From: Chara braunii
Lineage: Eukaryota > Plantae > Charophyceae
DNA length: 64,000 bases
Reading direction: 5' to 3'
Assembly (NCBI GenBank): GCA_003427395.1
Contig: BFEA01000023.1
Location: 1,878,539-1,942,538, forward strand
Made by a program: the position numbers and the translations under genes. Numbering within the stretch: the first letter of the stretch is position 1; each line of letters begins with the position of its first letter. Below are positions 48,837 to 62,814 of this stretch, in pieces. The notes beneath the pieces were generated by a model that saw nothing but the letters and a program-made list of their open reading frames with translations, was not told where the DNA came from and made no database searches.

Positions 48837-50815
48837 ATGCAGGAGAAAGGACTCGACCTTTTCCTATTAACCATGACTGTGAGGGTTGCCTGAGTGTATA
48901 GCACAAACACCCACCTTAGGACCTGCAGACCGAAATTGATGTGCTTAAGAGTGACTTTCACAAATGAGCAACCTAGTTTATCATAGGTTTGTTAAAGGTC
49001 TAAGGCCAGCGTTACCATATTCATGGTGCTTATACTAGTTATTTCTAACGCTTCCACATTTGTGATGATGTTGTCGAAAATTGAGTCTCCCCTGATGAAG
49101 GCACCTTATTCTAGTCCCACGAGGTTTGGTAAGAATATGTCTAACATAATCGCTAATGTTTTGGCCAACAATTTATATGACACATTGAGTAGGGTAATTG
49201 GTTGTCAATTTCTTATTTCATGTTTTTCTCTCTTTTTATACATCAAGGATATATTTTTTTTAGTCAAGCATGTTGCCAGAGGCTTCATTATAGATCTTAA
49301 GACGTTATAGTGCAAGTTCAATCCAAAATGTGGAGTATAATTGAAATTGAAATGTTGGGGAAATTTCATGAAAATATATTTTTACATTGTCGTTTTATAT
49401 GTTTTTTATTATTTTTTTGGATTTTGTTTTTCCAGTTAGTTAGTATGGGCTCCACTCTACGAATTGGTGGCAATTCTGATTAAAATGACCTATTGGTTTT
49501 CTTATACTGGCATGGCAAGTGGTATGAAAATTAGGGTTTTCGTTAACCTTCTCTCCTCCACCGGTGGACCATCTCCCTCTGGCGATAAACCTAGTGCCAT
49601 TTGATCCTTAGCTTGCATCAGTTCTTTGAGACTAATCAGTTTGTCCAATTCATTTTTTTCCGTTTGAGTCACAACTACCTTAGTAACTTCCTAGAATGAT
49701 GAAAATACTTCAAATTGTATGTCAATTTTCAGTGGTAGTCTTCTTGATGTTAAGATGTCCTGAAAATAGATTCAGGCGTGTTCACACATCCCATTTAAGG
49801 TTTCAGGCACAGAGACCTACCTCGAAAATGGATGTGCCAACCTTTTCATCGGAGTATGTTTACTTTTTGGTAAGAGTCTTTGAAATTGTTTTTTGGTTAC
49901 CCTGTCAGCTATGATTAATTTATCAATTTTAACTCTCTCTATCCATTCTTCAATTTTTTTGACTTTAATTGTTTCCTATCGGTTCATGTACTCAACCCTT
50001 TTCATTAGCCAATAGGCCTCCGAAATGGGGTGGACAATTGCTTTCTTTTCTGCATTCATTATCAATGATAAACATTTATGGTCCTCTTTTTATTTTGAAA
50101 TACCATGATTTTGGAGAAGATACTTAAGCCATTGGGGATTTCTCTGAGGCAACAGTCATACCACTGCGATTCATATTTAAATAAGTCTTTGTCCTTTTCT
50201 GAGTCAGTGCAATTTGGTCTTTGACCCAGTCTCAAACTCCTTCATCCTCTAGAATGAAAGCGTTGAGTCTGGAAAAAAATGGGTCCCTCTCCGCCTCTTT
50301 AGAACGGTGTAGGGAGACCAAAATCAAACTATGATCAGATAGTGAGTCATGACTAACTTGTACTTTGGAGAGAAGATGGAATGAAAGTCTGGATGAGTTT
50401 ATGAAATGTTTTAATTAAACTTTCGTTCTACTACAACAAATATTTTCTAATTGAGATTGGATTAATTTATTTATGACCGAAAATCCTTATATAAAATGAC
50501 GTTCCAATTAAAATATTTCATGAACTCATCCAGACTTTCATTTCATCTCTAGCATGCAGTTCAAATAAGAAGGGATACCCCATTATTGGAAGGAAAATTT
50601 TCAAGTAAGACGAAAAATTTTAAAAGTAAAATGATATTTTTGAAGATAAAATGCAAGTTTGAAATTTAGAATGTAATTTTACTATAGAATGATTATTTAA
50701 TTCTGGAAGATTTTTCTGTTGAGAGAGTCTCTATGGATATATCGGAATGTTTCCTGGGGGTTCAAATCTCCCTGATGAAAACGACGCAGGTACATGATGC
50801 TATACTGGTGGAAAG
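48837..50815 (-). mobile_element. Second L1-like LINE ORF2 fragment (end of APE to RT), with nested pieces
   Basis: LSDHSLILV, GDGPPVE, ISLMYKK, PITLLNVSYKLLAK, GAFIRG..IFDNI; partial copy at 59880-60635. Confidence 0.8.
50373..50721. mobile_element. Family 3 element, inverted and truncated
   Basis: reverse complement of the left part of 28068-28591; ends TTTTTCTGTTG. Confidence 0.8.
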
Positions 50816-51042
50816 TCTCTCTGCGCAAGAGATCAGGGTCGTTGACCTTCTCTCTGTTGAAGAGATGACTGCCAGCCAGGAACGACGGGAGGTGAATGAG
50901 CAGGTATAACCCTCCCCCCCCTTCCCTCCCTCTTCACATGGGTGGATGAAATCTGAGTGTTGATTTGCCTCTAGTTACTGGAAGCTTCATACTATAACCA
51001 TTATTATTATCTTTTCTTTCTATAGATAGAATCATTAGGTAT

Positions 51043-53574
51043 TTGGGTCTTGGGGAGTGTCGGGAACATGGCAGGTGCCGAACCACCTCCTGTAATCTCT
51101 TCGGAAGACAAATAACGGATCCGGGGAATTGTATTACAGTGCTATATAGACGACATCCTTCCACCCCGTTTGACCCCATCAAGGTCGAAGTAGGGGATGA
51201 CTATATGAAAGTAACAGTCAACGTGGAGCTGTACGAAATCCAAGCAGAATGGTTGCCGGAACATGCTGTTAGCGTTCAGTTTGGAGACGAATCTTCCTCG
51301 GTGTCGATGGACGTTAAAAAGCGCTTGGTTCGTATATACGAAAATGGTTGGGCTACAACTGCACAAAATGGTATTGGCCTAATAAAAATGGGCTTATTTC
51401 ACAATGAGGGGCGGAACCTAATAACTTACGTAGCCCCTTCGAAAGAAATTGCAAATTGGATGAGGAAAGTGGCGGAGACCAATATCGAACTAGATGAAGT
51501 TACACATAAGATTGCTTTCAGACCACAGATGACAGAGTGCGAACTTTGGGAGTGGAGAGAGGTAGCCCGCCAGCGATTCTTTTGGATTCGGTGTCAGCAG
51601 GTGCCGATAGAGGTTCTCCCTCTGCTCCAAGGGGGCCACTACAACGGTGGGCAAATTAAAGAATACCCTGTGTTTAAAGATAAACTGAAACCGGATCTAG
51701 CCAATGCCCACTTAGACCTCGAGTCCGCAGCTCGACTGCACTATAAGAGGTATCTAGTAGTGGATTTGGGAATGAACGGCTATATGAAATTGGAGGTGGT
51801 CTGTGCCGAGACCCCATGGTGTCCGGCGTGCAGATGGCATTTTCATTCTGAAGGAGATGAGGTTTGTGCCTCTAAGGGCAAAACATCGTATGCCAAAGTC
51901 GTCCAATCGAAGGGCGAACAAGGAACTAGTTTCAAGGACAAGAAGGATGGAGAGAATGTGAAAGGAAAGGGAAAAGGACAGGAAAGGAAGGAGAAGGTAA
52001 GGGAGAAGGGTAAGGAAAGACCGGGTCCAGGGAATGGAGAAAAAAATTCCTCCCCAAAGAAAGATGGGAACAAGGAGAAAGATGGGATGAAGGAGAAACA
52101 AAAACACTTGAGGGGGGAAGGAGGTCGGCAAGGTGACAAACAGGATTTAGGGAAAACCATGGGAAAAGCCCAGACGGAAAAGGAGGGAAAGGGAGGGAAG
52201 GCGAGGGAGAAGGAGGGTTTCCTATGGAAGAAGATCAGGAACATGATAAGAAGCGAGAGGGAAGACAAAGCAACAATCTCCCAGACGGTGCAGGGAGAAG
52301 ATGAATGAAGATTTCACGCCAATCGGAAGGGAAAAAAGGAAACGGAAAACTAGACTGGATGAAACAGAGGAGGATGAAAATGAACACTTTATAGTAAGAG
52401 GCAACGAGATTGTCCCTCATAGAGGTGAAGGTATGACCCCAGATCAAGGGTGCCTCGCCCCCTCCCCCTCTTCGGAAGAGGAAGAAGGGACGGGAAAGAA
52501 AACCCGATATCGGTAAAGGCTCCGGCTTAGTTTCTCTCCATCGCAAATTACGGAGAACGACATGTATGCCTCCTCAGATGAAGAGACAGACCATGACTCG
52601 GATCTCGAACTTAAAATGCTATATAACCTCGAATCTATGAGATCCTCGCGTCCCCATCCCCGCCTCGAGCCCCGTCGGGGTCAGAAAGGGACGAATATCG
52701 GTCAGTAGACAATCGTACTAGTTTGACCGAGGAACAACGGAAAAGCCCGCCCTGACAAAAATACTTGACACCTCTTTGGTCGGTGTATCACCTCTAAAGA
52801 GACATAAGGCTTGCAAGAAGGGGACGTCTGCTGGGATATCTCCCCGTCACACAGGGAATACTGGGGGAAAATGCGAGAGTACATTTCAAAGGCAAGCAAT
52901 CTCGAGTCTTTGGCGGACCCATGCCGACATTGCAAAAAAAGGATAAAGGAAAAGGCAACCAAATGAAATTATAATTCCTTTGGTGGTCACCTCCTCCCCG
53001 TATGGCCCCATGATTTTGACCAACATCAATAAAGATGAGGTTTTGTCATTCAAGTTGTCGGGGATTTCCATCACAGCCCCCCCGTTTGATTCACTTCGGG
53101 TGTCTGCTACAACAAAACATATTCTCGACGATAATGGTACATGCTCCATATTGCCTATCCCCAAGCGGGGCTGACATATTGCCCACGAATGCTCATGGAA
53201 GCAAGGTTCTCTTTCACATAGCATGTCTGGCTCTGCGAGCCAGTCCAAAGGTAATACATGCTCAAGACATTTATTGGCTTCCTTTGTCTTAACTCTTGGA
53301 TATAAATGCGGATTCTCTGAAAGACATTAACTTGCCTGGGGGATGTTTTGCCCAAGAGGTGGCAGATTGGTTACGTTTTATTGACGCAACAACAAACTTG
53401 AACGCAAGGATGACCCAACAGGATGAGTTCCTCCCTCGTCAGAGAGGAAGAGGAGTAGTAACCAAGAAAACGGAGAGCAGCCGTATCCAAAATTCACGCG
53501 GCAGGGGGTCAGGTCATGGCTCTACCAAGTATAATCAGACTGGCAACCTGGAATGTGTGTGGGTTTGGGGATAA
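51043..53574 (+). pseudogene. LINE ORF1, copy 2 (421-aa open part 51043-52308)
   Basis: knuckle-like WCPACRWHFHSEGDEVC; K/E/G-rich linker; Cys/His-rich C-terminal part; overlaps the ORF2 start. Confidence 0.75.
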
Positions 53575-56500
53575 GATTAAAAAATTCAAAAAGTCAAGAT
53601 TCTAGTCATGGCTGCATTCGCAGAACGTGCAGATAGCATGTCTTCAAGAAATGAAGTTGAACAGAGATAAGTTGAATGCTATCCATCAATGGTGGGAAGA
53701 CCCTCAAGTTTGGTCCCCGAAAGTAGGATCAAAAGGGACGGGTGGTCATATTGGTGGATAAAAACTTAGACATTACAATGGTAGATTAGTATCATGACAA
53801 TGAGGGTCGCTGGGGGCGTGGCTTAAATTCATCATAAACTATGAGGATTGGGTCATTATGACAGTTTATGCCCCGGTTGGCTACCCTACCCGTTTGGTCT
53901 TTTTAGAAGATCTCCCCTCTTACCTGCCAAACACCGAAAATGTAATTATCTGTGGTGACTGGGACACCGTATCAAACCCAGGCTTGACACTCTTACAACC
54001 AAACCTTGGGGGGCTGATTCGGTGATCTTAACCTCCTTCTTTGACGTTCAAAATCTAACAAATGCCTTCAGGGCCTTTAACTCACAGGAACATAGGTTCA
54101 CATGGTTTGGCCCTCCACCGACCCATACCACACCAACCTGAAGAAAACGACTAGATTTTTTTCTGTTCCGGGGCGATCCATGGGACCGGAACATATGGTG
54201 CGATGTAAAACCTGCGTCCCTTTCATGCCATCACCCTGTTCTGCAGGATATACTCCCTAAAACCACAGTTGACCGCCACCTCCCCCTGTTCAGACTGAAT
54301 ATAAACCTGTTGAAAGACCCCGTGGTTATTGCATGGGTCTATTTACACATGACAAACTGGTTAGCGGCCAGGGAGTTGTTTACAAACTATCTACAGCAGG
54401 CGGACACATGTATCGTTATAGTGAGAGATAGACTCATTACTTTTTCCAGAATGAAAGCTGAAAAAAAAAAAAAAATAGAAAGATTTTTTTTTGACAAATC
54501 GATTACCCATGCAGAGACACAAATGGGTAAAGACCCGTTTTCCGATCTTCATTGGTCCATTATCCGAAAAGATTCATTGTCTCAGCTGGAAGCATTAGAA
54601 ATTCAAAGGTAATCAGAATGGATAGAACAATTAAATTTCATAGGGATTATAGGTTATGATAGGATGACAAAGTTGACTTTCCGTTCTCTGCTTCAGAGTA
54701 AACCCAGACCCTTGATAATGGAACTAGCGCACCATTTTGATACATCTGCATCAATAGCAGTAGATACAGAGGAAATATGCAGATACGCTTTAGAATATTA
54801 TAGATACATTGTCTCTAACCGAAGACCGTTCGAACCCCCCCCAGCACGATATGTCAATAACTCATCCTTCTTGAATCTCTCGTAGAAGGTTATTTCATCC
54901 TCGACAGCTTCTGATTTGGACAGACCAGTGGAAGAAGTCGAACTACTCGTAGCAGTCAAGATCATGGCTAAAGGCAAATGCCCAGGCTTAGACGGACTTC
55001 CGATTGAGCTGCTTTTAGCAACATGGGGGACTTTTGCTCCCTTCCTATGCTCATTATACAATGAGACCCTTCAAACGGGCAGGTTTCCAAAAGGGTTTGC
55101 TCAAGGAATGATTTCACTAATGTATAAAAATGAGACAAAAGAGACGTATGCAACTAGCGCCCGATCTCCGTGTTGAATGTCACTTACAAATTGTTCGCAA
55201 AACTTTAGCCTTGCCTTTGGTCAAACTCCTCCCGGATTTGATAGGTTAGGAGTAAAGAGCTTTTGTTAAGGGCCGATCAATATTTGAGAATATTACAGCA
55301 ATAATTGAAGCCCTATAAGTGATAGTAAAAAAAAAAAGAGACGTTGCAGTCCTCTTCCTAGATATGTAGAAGGCCTACGACAAATTGGGTCGGAGTTTCA
55401 TCCATACCACACTTAAAAAGATGGGTTTTGGCCCGGGGTTTCAATCTTGGGTAAACGCCAACTATGAACACACTACCTCGGTAGTAATTGTCAATGGGAG
55501 ATTGTCCGAGGAATTTCAACCGACAAGGTCTTTGCGACAGAGGTGCCCACTAACCCCCCTCCTTTTCGTCCTTCAGTTGAAGATACTGCTTGACAACATC
55601 AGAAAAAACACGGTTATCAAGGGCCTCAATTTATACCTGGGTATTGAATGAAAGAAAGGGGCCATAAGAGATGATCTGGCGGTAGCTTGTGATAATATTT
55701 TAACATCTTTAAATGAATAAAGAAAGGTTATAGATACTTATTGTATATTATTGGAAGCTTCCATTAATTGGGACAAATCCAACTTTTTTTTTTTTTTCGA
55801 GTGTGGATTGGGGGTTGAAGAGGGTTCCGACAAATTCGTCCGACCGCTTTTTGGGAGTACAAGTTCCATTATCTGACTGCTCTAATGTCCAAGACTTCAT
55901 TCTTGCAGATAAGATGGCGGCCAGAATTGCAGGCTGGAAACGCAATTTCAAGCTTTCTTTGTTTTGTCGAACCTTGGTAATCACGTCGGCGACCTTTTCT
56001 CTACTCTGGTTTCCACTCTCAGTTCATCGGTTGGGAAAATGAGCCCACTCAAGAATTAAGAGAGATGCGACTCGCTAAGGTGGCGGCCAGAATTGCGGGC
56101 TGGAAACGCAATTTCAAGCTTTCTTTGTTTNGTCGAGCCTTGGTAATCACGTCGGCGACCTTTTCTCTACTCTGGTTTCCACTCTCAGTTCATCGGTTGG
56201 GAAAATGAGCCCACTGAAGAATTAAGAGAGATGCCACTCGCTACCTATGGAAACCCTCAGCCCTCCAACAAGGTTTCATTTAGAGGCTCGCATGGGAATC
56301 AGTCGCTTTGGCACGAGGACAATGGGGTGTGGGGTTGATAGACCTAGTCCAACAAAATCTGGCCCTACTCTGCAAATGGGTTACTGTGGCTGCGTTCGGA
56401 CCACGCTCCAAATCGTGGGTCCGGCTGACAGAATACATCATGGCCAAAAGTGGGATCTAGTGAGACATTCAGACGTATGGCCTTGTCCGTTTATCCCTTC

Positions 56501-58081
56501 ATTTTCCACCAGGAGACCTAAGTTTAGGCTATGGCGTAGTATTTTAGGGGTCTGACACAAACTGTTTCTTCGGGTCCTTTGACCTCCGGAGACAAGAAGG
56601 GAAGTTTTCAATCACATATTATTTGAAAACCCACTAATTAAAACGACAAAAGAAACTTGGCTTAAGGCAGATGGGAGCAGAGACTCCTTTGGGAAAAATG
56701 GGTAGACAAAGGAATAGTGCATATTAAAGATATTGAGATGAGCTAACAAACGACTAGTTATCAATAGCTAAACTTAGGCGGAAGCTGACACGGCTTCAGA
56801 ATGTGGAGGAAAATTACTAGTTAGTTCGTTCCTGTATTCCGACTTACTGGAGTCCTCTCCTACCACGGCGAGGGGGCTTGGATAGTAGACCCCAACAACA
56901 GACCAGAAGGCCTGAGAATATTAGGACCAAATCTACTACAAGGAATAAGAACGCAAGTCTGGACCCGGAAGCATGGGTCTAGGCCTCCTCTGGTACTGGT
57001 GAAATAAGAGGACAGAACCATCCCTACTTCAGTCGGCTTCCAGGAGTGCAGAGTGTGGCTCAGACCCTCTGCTGGAACAACAAAGGAGAAGGCCTCCTTA
57101 GTGTCAAACGATGCATCCAAGGAATAAGAACGGAAGTCTGGACCTGGAAGCCTGGGTCTGGGCCCCCTCTGCTGTTGGTGAAATAAGAGGACAGAAACAT
57201 CCCTACTTCAGTCGGCTTCCAGGAGTGTAGAGTGTGGCTCAGACCCTCTGCTGGAAAAGAAAAGGAGGAGGCCTCTCTGGTGTCAGAAGATGCATCCTAT
57301 CTGCAAATTGAACCATGGTCTATGGATGGAAGGGGGTGTTAGGACCTGATGTCCCCACCCCGGTTTGCAACTATAAGCCCAAGATTTAAGTTCAAGTTAT
57401 GAGGACATCAGTAAAGAAGCAACCCGTAAGGACCACTGCAGATCACTCTCAAACGAGTTAGGTTTTTTCTTGGGGAACTTGGACCTTTTCGGTTTATTGC
57501 AGGGGATGAAGGGGATGGTCTCCCAGAAATAGGCCAGTCTAGCCTGGCTACAGTTGCTGCTGGTGACACCGTCGGCTACGTGGTTGGCATCTAAGGGAAT
57601 GAATATTGGAAAACAATGCAACAGTTGTAATTGAGGATGGGAAATATCATCCCATATATGGTGTAACTGTCCTTGTTCTCTTAGGATTTGAGAGTGTTGG
57701 AAGGAGAAATGGAAGCAGACAACATATAATAGTTTTCCTTGGTCACAGGAATGGATACTATACGGAATGACAGACCCAGCTCATGATTTTTCTAAAGGGA
57801 TGATTTACATTGTTCTGGCTTGCAGAGGGGCTATCATGGAAGCAATCTAGAAGGCTTGCAATAGAGCAGTTAAAAAAGAGGAAATGTCATTTCAAAAGCT
57901 TACCATCTATGGTATGACTTTGGTAAGACAGACGATCCGGACAGATTGGCATTCTGCTCGGACCCAGAAAGAAAATGACAGATATTGGTTTTTCCAAACA
58001 TGGGGAAAAATGATCAATGTGGTGACTATCTCATCAGATGGTCACTTAACTCTTTCAAAGTGGCTCTTCCAAAGAGGATAA
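53516..58081 (+). pseudogene. LINE ORF2, copy 2
   Basis: LATWNVCGFG, KCPGLDGLPIE, SLRQRCPL, same C-terminus WLFQRG*. Confidence 0.9.
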
Positions 58082-58624
58082 GTAAATTGAACACAGTCCA
58101 GGGAGCAGAAGTAGGCCGCGATTAGGCCACCGGTTTCCTTTTTAGTAAGGATAACGTACCGTAGCGCATGTTGTTGAGCTGTGGAAATGGTTTGCTAGAG
58201 TTTTGCATTTATAGGGTGTACGATGTATGCTGGATAAATGGAGAGTAGGAAGATAGAGGATTAATGTGGTTTTCTAGGATTTGTTTACACCGTAGTCTAC
58301 TAGTACGTAGATTTTGGATTGGCTCCTCTTAAGTCTTTGTTAAATAATTAGCTTAGATACTATAGGTTTCTTGAGTCGCAAAAGTGAAACCGAGTTAACT
58401 CCGGTTTGAATTGTGAGGTCCTCGACCTCATTTCAAGTGATGTTTTGAAATAAAATTGAGTTAAAAAATAAATTAAAAAAAAAGAATGAATCGTGAGCTA
58501 TAACATTGAAAGATACACCGCCATATTTTTTGTCTTTCGTGGGTTTGGTGAGTAGCGGAGTGAGGTCAATTGTTCTTTTTTTTTCTTGCCAATACTCATC
58601 TATCTCATCCTCTCGCTAGTCTAT

Positions 58625-59144
58625 GGGCCTCGTTCCACTACTCGCCATCTGCCACCACTCGTGGCGAGGAATGGCGAGTGGTATTTTCTTAATTTTGTGG
58701 CGGAAAACGATGTGTGGTTCCATGTCGTGGCCCACGCCATATGCATTGTGATGTCTATCCCGGCCTAAGTACCGGTTTGCGGCAGATGGTGGGATGAAGG
58801 AACGGTGGCATCATTTCGCCACAACCCCGTCGTGGGACTGGTACGAGCCACAAAATCACTCCATGCGCGACGATACCACGCCAATGCTATGAGATAGGTG
58901 CGACCGACTGTCAGGGCCGTGGTTTTAGTAAAAATTGCCACACGATGCCTCTCGTGGAGGCTGCCTCCTATCGCCCTCCACAAAATGTCGTGACAGGCAG
59001 GGAAAACGAGGCTTCGTGGCGACCGACTGCCAACCCAGTTTTTCTATAATTTCTGACAACGTTTGTTTTCTGGCGATTGGCAAGGCAGTGGAACGAACGT
59101 GCTGATGCCACCTATGGCGGATGGCGAGTAGTGGAACGAGGCCC
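58625..59144. mobile_element. PIF/Harbinger-like MITE
   Basis: ~30-bp TIR GGGCCTCGTTCCACTACTCGCCATC; TSD TAT. Confidence 0.8.
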
Positions 59145-60636
59145 TATGTGTAGTACGGGGAAACACCAACCAACCCGGATCTCTCGCTAGCCCACGAGGT
59201 AGGTTGGCACTATAGCAGTGGTGCAAGAGCATGGTTGTACTAGTCCCTTATCATGGTGATGAGAAGTGGGCAAGCATTGCCGATGGGGGAAATCAGTTGT
59301 AGTAGCACCGAGCAATGACCAGTCACTGCACCTCCCCCTATGCCCCCCCAACCCCACATGGCTGTGTCTAATGGCCAATATTGTCACTGCATTGCAACCA
59401 ACAACATCAGCCATGGTCCTGCTAATGCTGTCTTGGGGGAATAACGGGTTATCTCTAGCTGGTAGAACACCAATCTTGCCCAGACACATACATGAGGTCA
59501 GTGGGGATTGAACCCACGCCCTCTTGAATGCAACTTATGTACCTTACCAACTGTATTAGGCTCAATTGTGGAAGCTTTGGTTGCCTTTTGTCACTTCTTT
59601 CATGCTATGTCTCCCTATGTCACCAAGGGACTTTGTTTTTTTTTTGTTTTTTTTTAACCTAAATCATAGAGGGGCACACCTTCAGTCCCAAGGATACGAG
59701 CATCCTCAGGATCAATGTCCTGCTTGCATGATGGCTCTGTTCTATTGCACACGTTTGTTCCAAATAACGTACGAAATTGACGGGTGGTGGATGATGCCAG
59801 ATCGCACAGAAGTGAGTCGAGGAGGTGGGCCGCAGGCCTGGGAAAGTCGAGGGTGAGTGAGCCGCTTCGCCAAAACCAGGTAGGAGAAAGGACTCGACCT
59901 TTTCCCATTAACCATGACTGTGAGGGTTGCCTGAGTGTATAGCACAAACACCCACCTTAGGACCTGCAAACCGAAATTGATTTTCTTAAGAGTGACTTTC
60001 ACAAATGAGCAACCTAGTTTATCATAGGTTTGTTAAAGGTCTAAGGCCAGCGTTACCATATTCATGGTGCTTATACTAGTTATTTCTAACGCTTCCACTT
60101 TTGTGATGATGTTGTCGAAAATGGAGTGTCCCCTGATGAAGGCACCTTGTTCCAGTCCCACGAGGTTGGTAAGAATAGGTCTTAGCCTAATCGCTAATGT
60201 TTTGGCCAACAGTTTATATGACACATTGAGTAGGGTAATTGGTTGTCAATTTCTTATTTCATATTTTTCTCCCTTTTTATACATCAAGGATATAGTTTCT
60301 TTAGTCAAGCATGTTGCCAGAGGCTTCATTATAAATCTTAAGAAGTTATAGGGCAAGTTAAGTCGAGACTGTGGAGTATAATTGAAATTGAAATGTTGGA
60401 AAAATTTCATGAAAATATATTTTTTGCATTGTTGTTTTATATGTTTTTTATTATATTTTTTTAGATTTTGTTTTTGGAGTTAGTTAGTATGGGCTCCACT
60501 TTATGAATTGGTGGCAAGTTTGATTAAAATGACCGATTGGTTTTCTTATAAATGGGATGGCAAGTGGTATGAAAATTAGGGTTTTCGTTAACCTTCTCTC
60601 CTCCACTGGTAGACCATCTCCCCCTGACGATTAACA

Positions 60637-61762
60637 TGTGCGTCGTTTCGTATGGAACTTTGAAACGATTTCCTCGGTCATTGAAGCTGAGGCAAGTCGA
60701 TAAGAAAAAAATGATTAATGCATGCACGTTGTTCCGACACTCGCTAAACGACAAGGATTAGTAGCAGTACCCTCCGACCGCAGAGGTCACGGTTGAGGGT
60801 CCAACTGAGTAAAAACAATCCTACACACCACCTCGGTTGTGGAGAAAGATCAAGCCTTAAAGGTATGGGGTGTGTGCCTTGGCAGAACGCAAGTATAAAA
60901 TTAAGGAGTCTGAAAATTTTAGAAACCTCGTGACCGCGGAGGTCGAGGGGTCGGTTTAAATAGTGTTGAGTCAGGCAAACCTACGACATGCACATAGACT
61001 TAAGTGTCTGTACGTTTTTAGTCAGATTAAATTAACATAGGCCCTGACCATACGGCTGGAGCAACCACAAAGACCCAGAAGTCTACAACAGCCAAGCTAC
61101 GACATTCGCCAGAGCTAAATACCTCGCAGAAACCATGATTGGGCTAAGGCCACTGGTCGGACTAGGCCCCTCCGCTCTACTTATACAAGAGTTATCTCTC
61201 ATTTCCCCTTCTACCAAAAATGAGAGTTAGCTCAATAGGTTTCGGTGCGGGTTAAGGATCAAAGGACATGGGGATCAAATACATCCGACCTCCGAGCTAG
61301 CTCCTTTTCGCAAGGAGCTCAGCTGTAGCCTCACGAGGATCTTGTTTTGACCCTGAATTTGGATGGCAGAGCTTGAACCCGTGACCTTTGTATTAGGATC
61401 AGTTATGGTTAGTTGGTTAGTTTAGACTTGAGCTCTAGCTTCACAAGGACCCGACAACAAAGCTTATTATTAGTAATAATATTTATACTTCTTCTTTTTT
61501 ACTCAGAAAAGGAGCTAGCCCAGTAAGTTATCACTTAGGCGGTTCACCAAACAGACTCATAGATTGATCCCCGACGACAACTGGGCTAGTTCTATTTTTG
61601 CTTGAGAGCCCTTGTTCGGCCTTATCTCACTGCATGGGTCGAGATTTGAACCCATGTCCATCGGGATAGAAGTTAGTTAGTCAGTTAGTTAGTCAGTTAG
61701 TTAGTTTGTTGTCGTTTTTCTTTCCTTTCCGACCTCCGTGCCCAACAGTTGGCATCACGGGT
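60637..61762 (+). mobile_element. Probable 5' LTR (TG 60637 to CA 61747) and PBS-like TGGCATCACGGG; decayed internal region follows
   Basis: begins exactly where the duplicated LINE fragment breaks; AACA-GT-TGG junction; no second LTR in the window. Confidence 0.5.
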
Positions 61763-62342
61763 TAGGTAGTAGATAATTTATTTATTTATTTATTTATTTC
61801 TTATCCCGTCAGATTTTTTTTATATATTATTTTCCTTCTACGAGATTTTGTACCTGCAACCAAATATTCCACATTGATAGATCTGTCCTAGATTCAAGGG
61901 CAGATTTGTTCGAGAATAGCTACAACTATCTTCGACGAGTAAGCCGCGACCGCCGTCTGTTCGACCCCACCAGGAGCAGGGGAAGGAGATCGTGGAGCCC
62001 GTCGAACTCGGGCGAAGTTAGAGGAAGGGCAGAGCGTGGGGAGACGGAGATGATCGCGGGGGCGATGACGCTAGCGCGACGGAGGACGAGCAGAAAAGGG
62101 AGGTGGAGATGGTGCCCACGTGGAACATAAAACTGAGTAGTGCATAAAGAAGAGTGCAAGGAGCAAGAACGGGCGGGAGATGCCAAAGGAGAAGCGCGCG
62201 GTGGAGAATAGAGAAGGTGCATGTGATATGGAAAGAGTGAAGTGCAGTGGAAAAACGGTGAGCATACGATGGGAATACGACATGCTTACGACGAAAGAGA
62301 AAGGAGGGGGCAACCTGCATGCGGATAGAGGGCCGCTCACTT

Positions 62343-62814
62343 CACAAGCGGTTATCGGGTAGCTGAAAATTTGAGAATCAAAATTATGAAGTGAGAGTTT
62401 TTGGCAGTCTGAAAATCCTGAATGGTCCTGAAGTGGTGAAAGGTCCGAAAACCCTGAAAACCACCTGTTTAGGCAGGCTGCATCCTGAAGTGGTGAAGGA
62501 AGTCCTGAAGTGGTCAAGTGAGAGTTTTGGGCAGTCTGAAAATCTTGAATGGTCCTGAAGTGGTGAAAGGTCCGAAGACCATGAAAACCACCCTTCACCA
62601 CTTGAGGATGCAGCCTGCCTAAACAAGTGGTTTTCAGGGTCTTCGGATATTTCACCACTTCAGAACCATTCAGGATTTTCATACCGGAATGGTCCTGAAG
62701 TGGTGAAAGGTCCGAAGACCCCGAAAACCACTTGTTTAGGCAGGCGGCATCCTGAAGTGGTGAAGGGTGTCCTGAAGTGGTGATGAAAAATACGACTGTT
62801 GTTAACCTTCTCTC
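62343..62814. mobile_element. Non-autonomous element, family 4 relative
   Basis: TSD GCTCACTT (62335-62342, 62815-62822); ends CACAAGCGGTTA...TTAACCTTCTCTC; TCCTGAAGTGGT repeats. Confidence 0.85.

Larger units (their letters stand above)
50816..58485 (+). mobile_element. Near full-length dead L1/Tx1-like LINE, copy 2
   Basis: collinear with 38555-46770 and shares its lesions. Confidence 0.9.
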
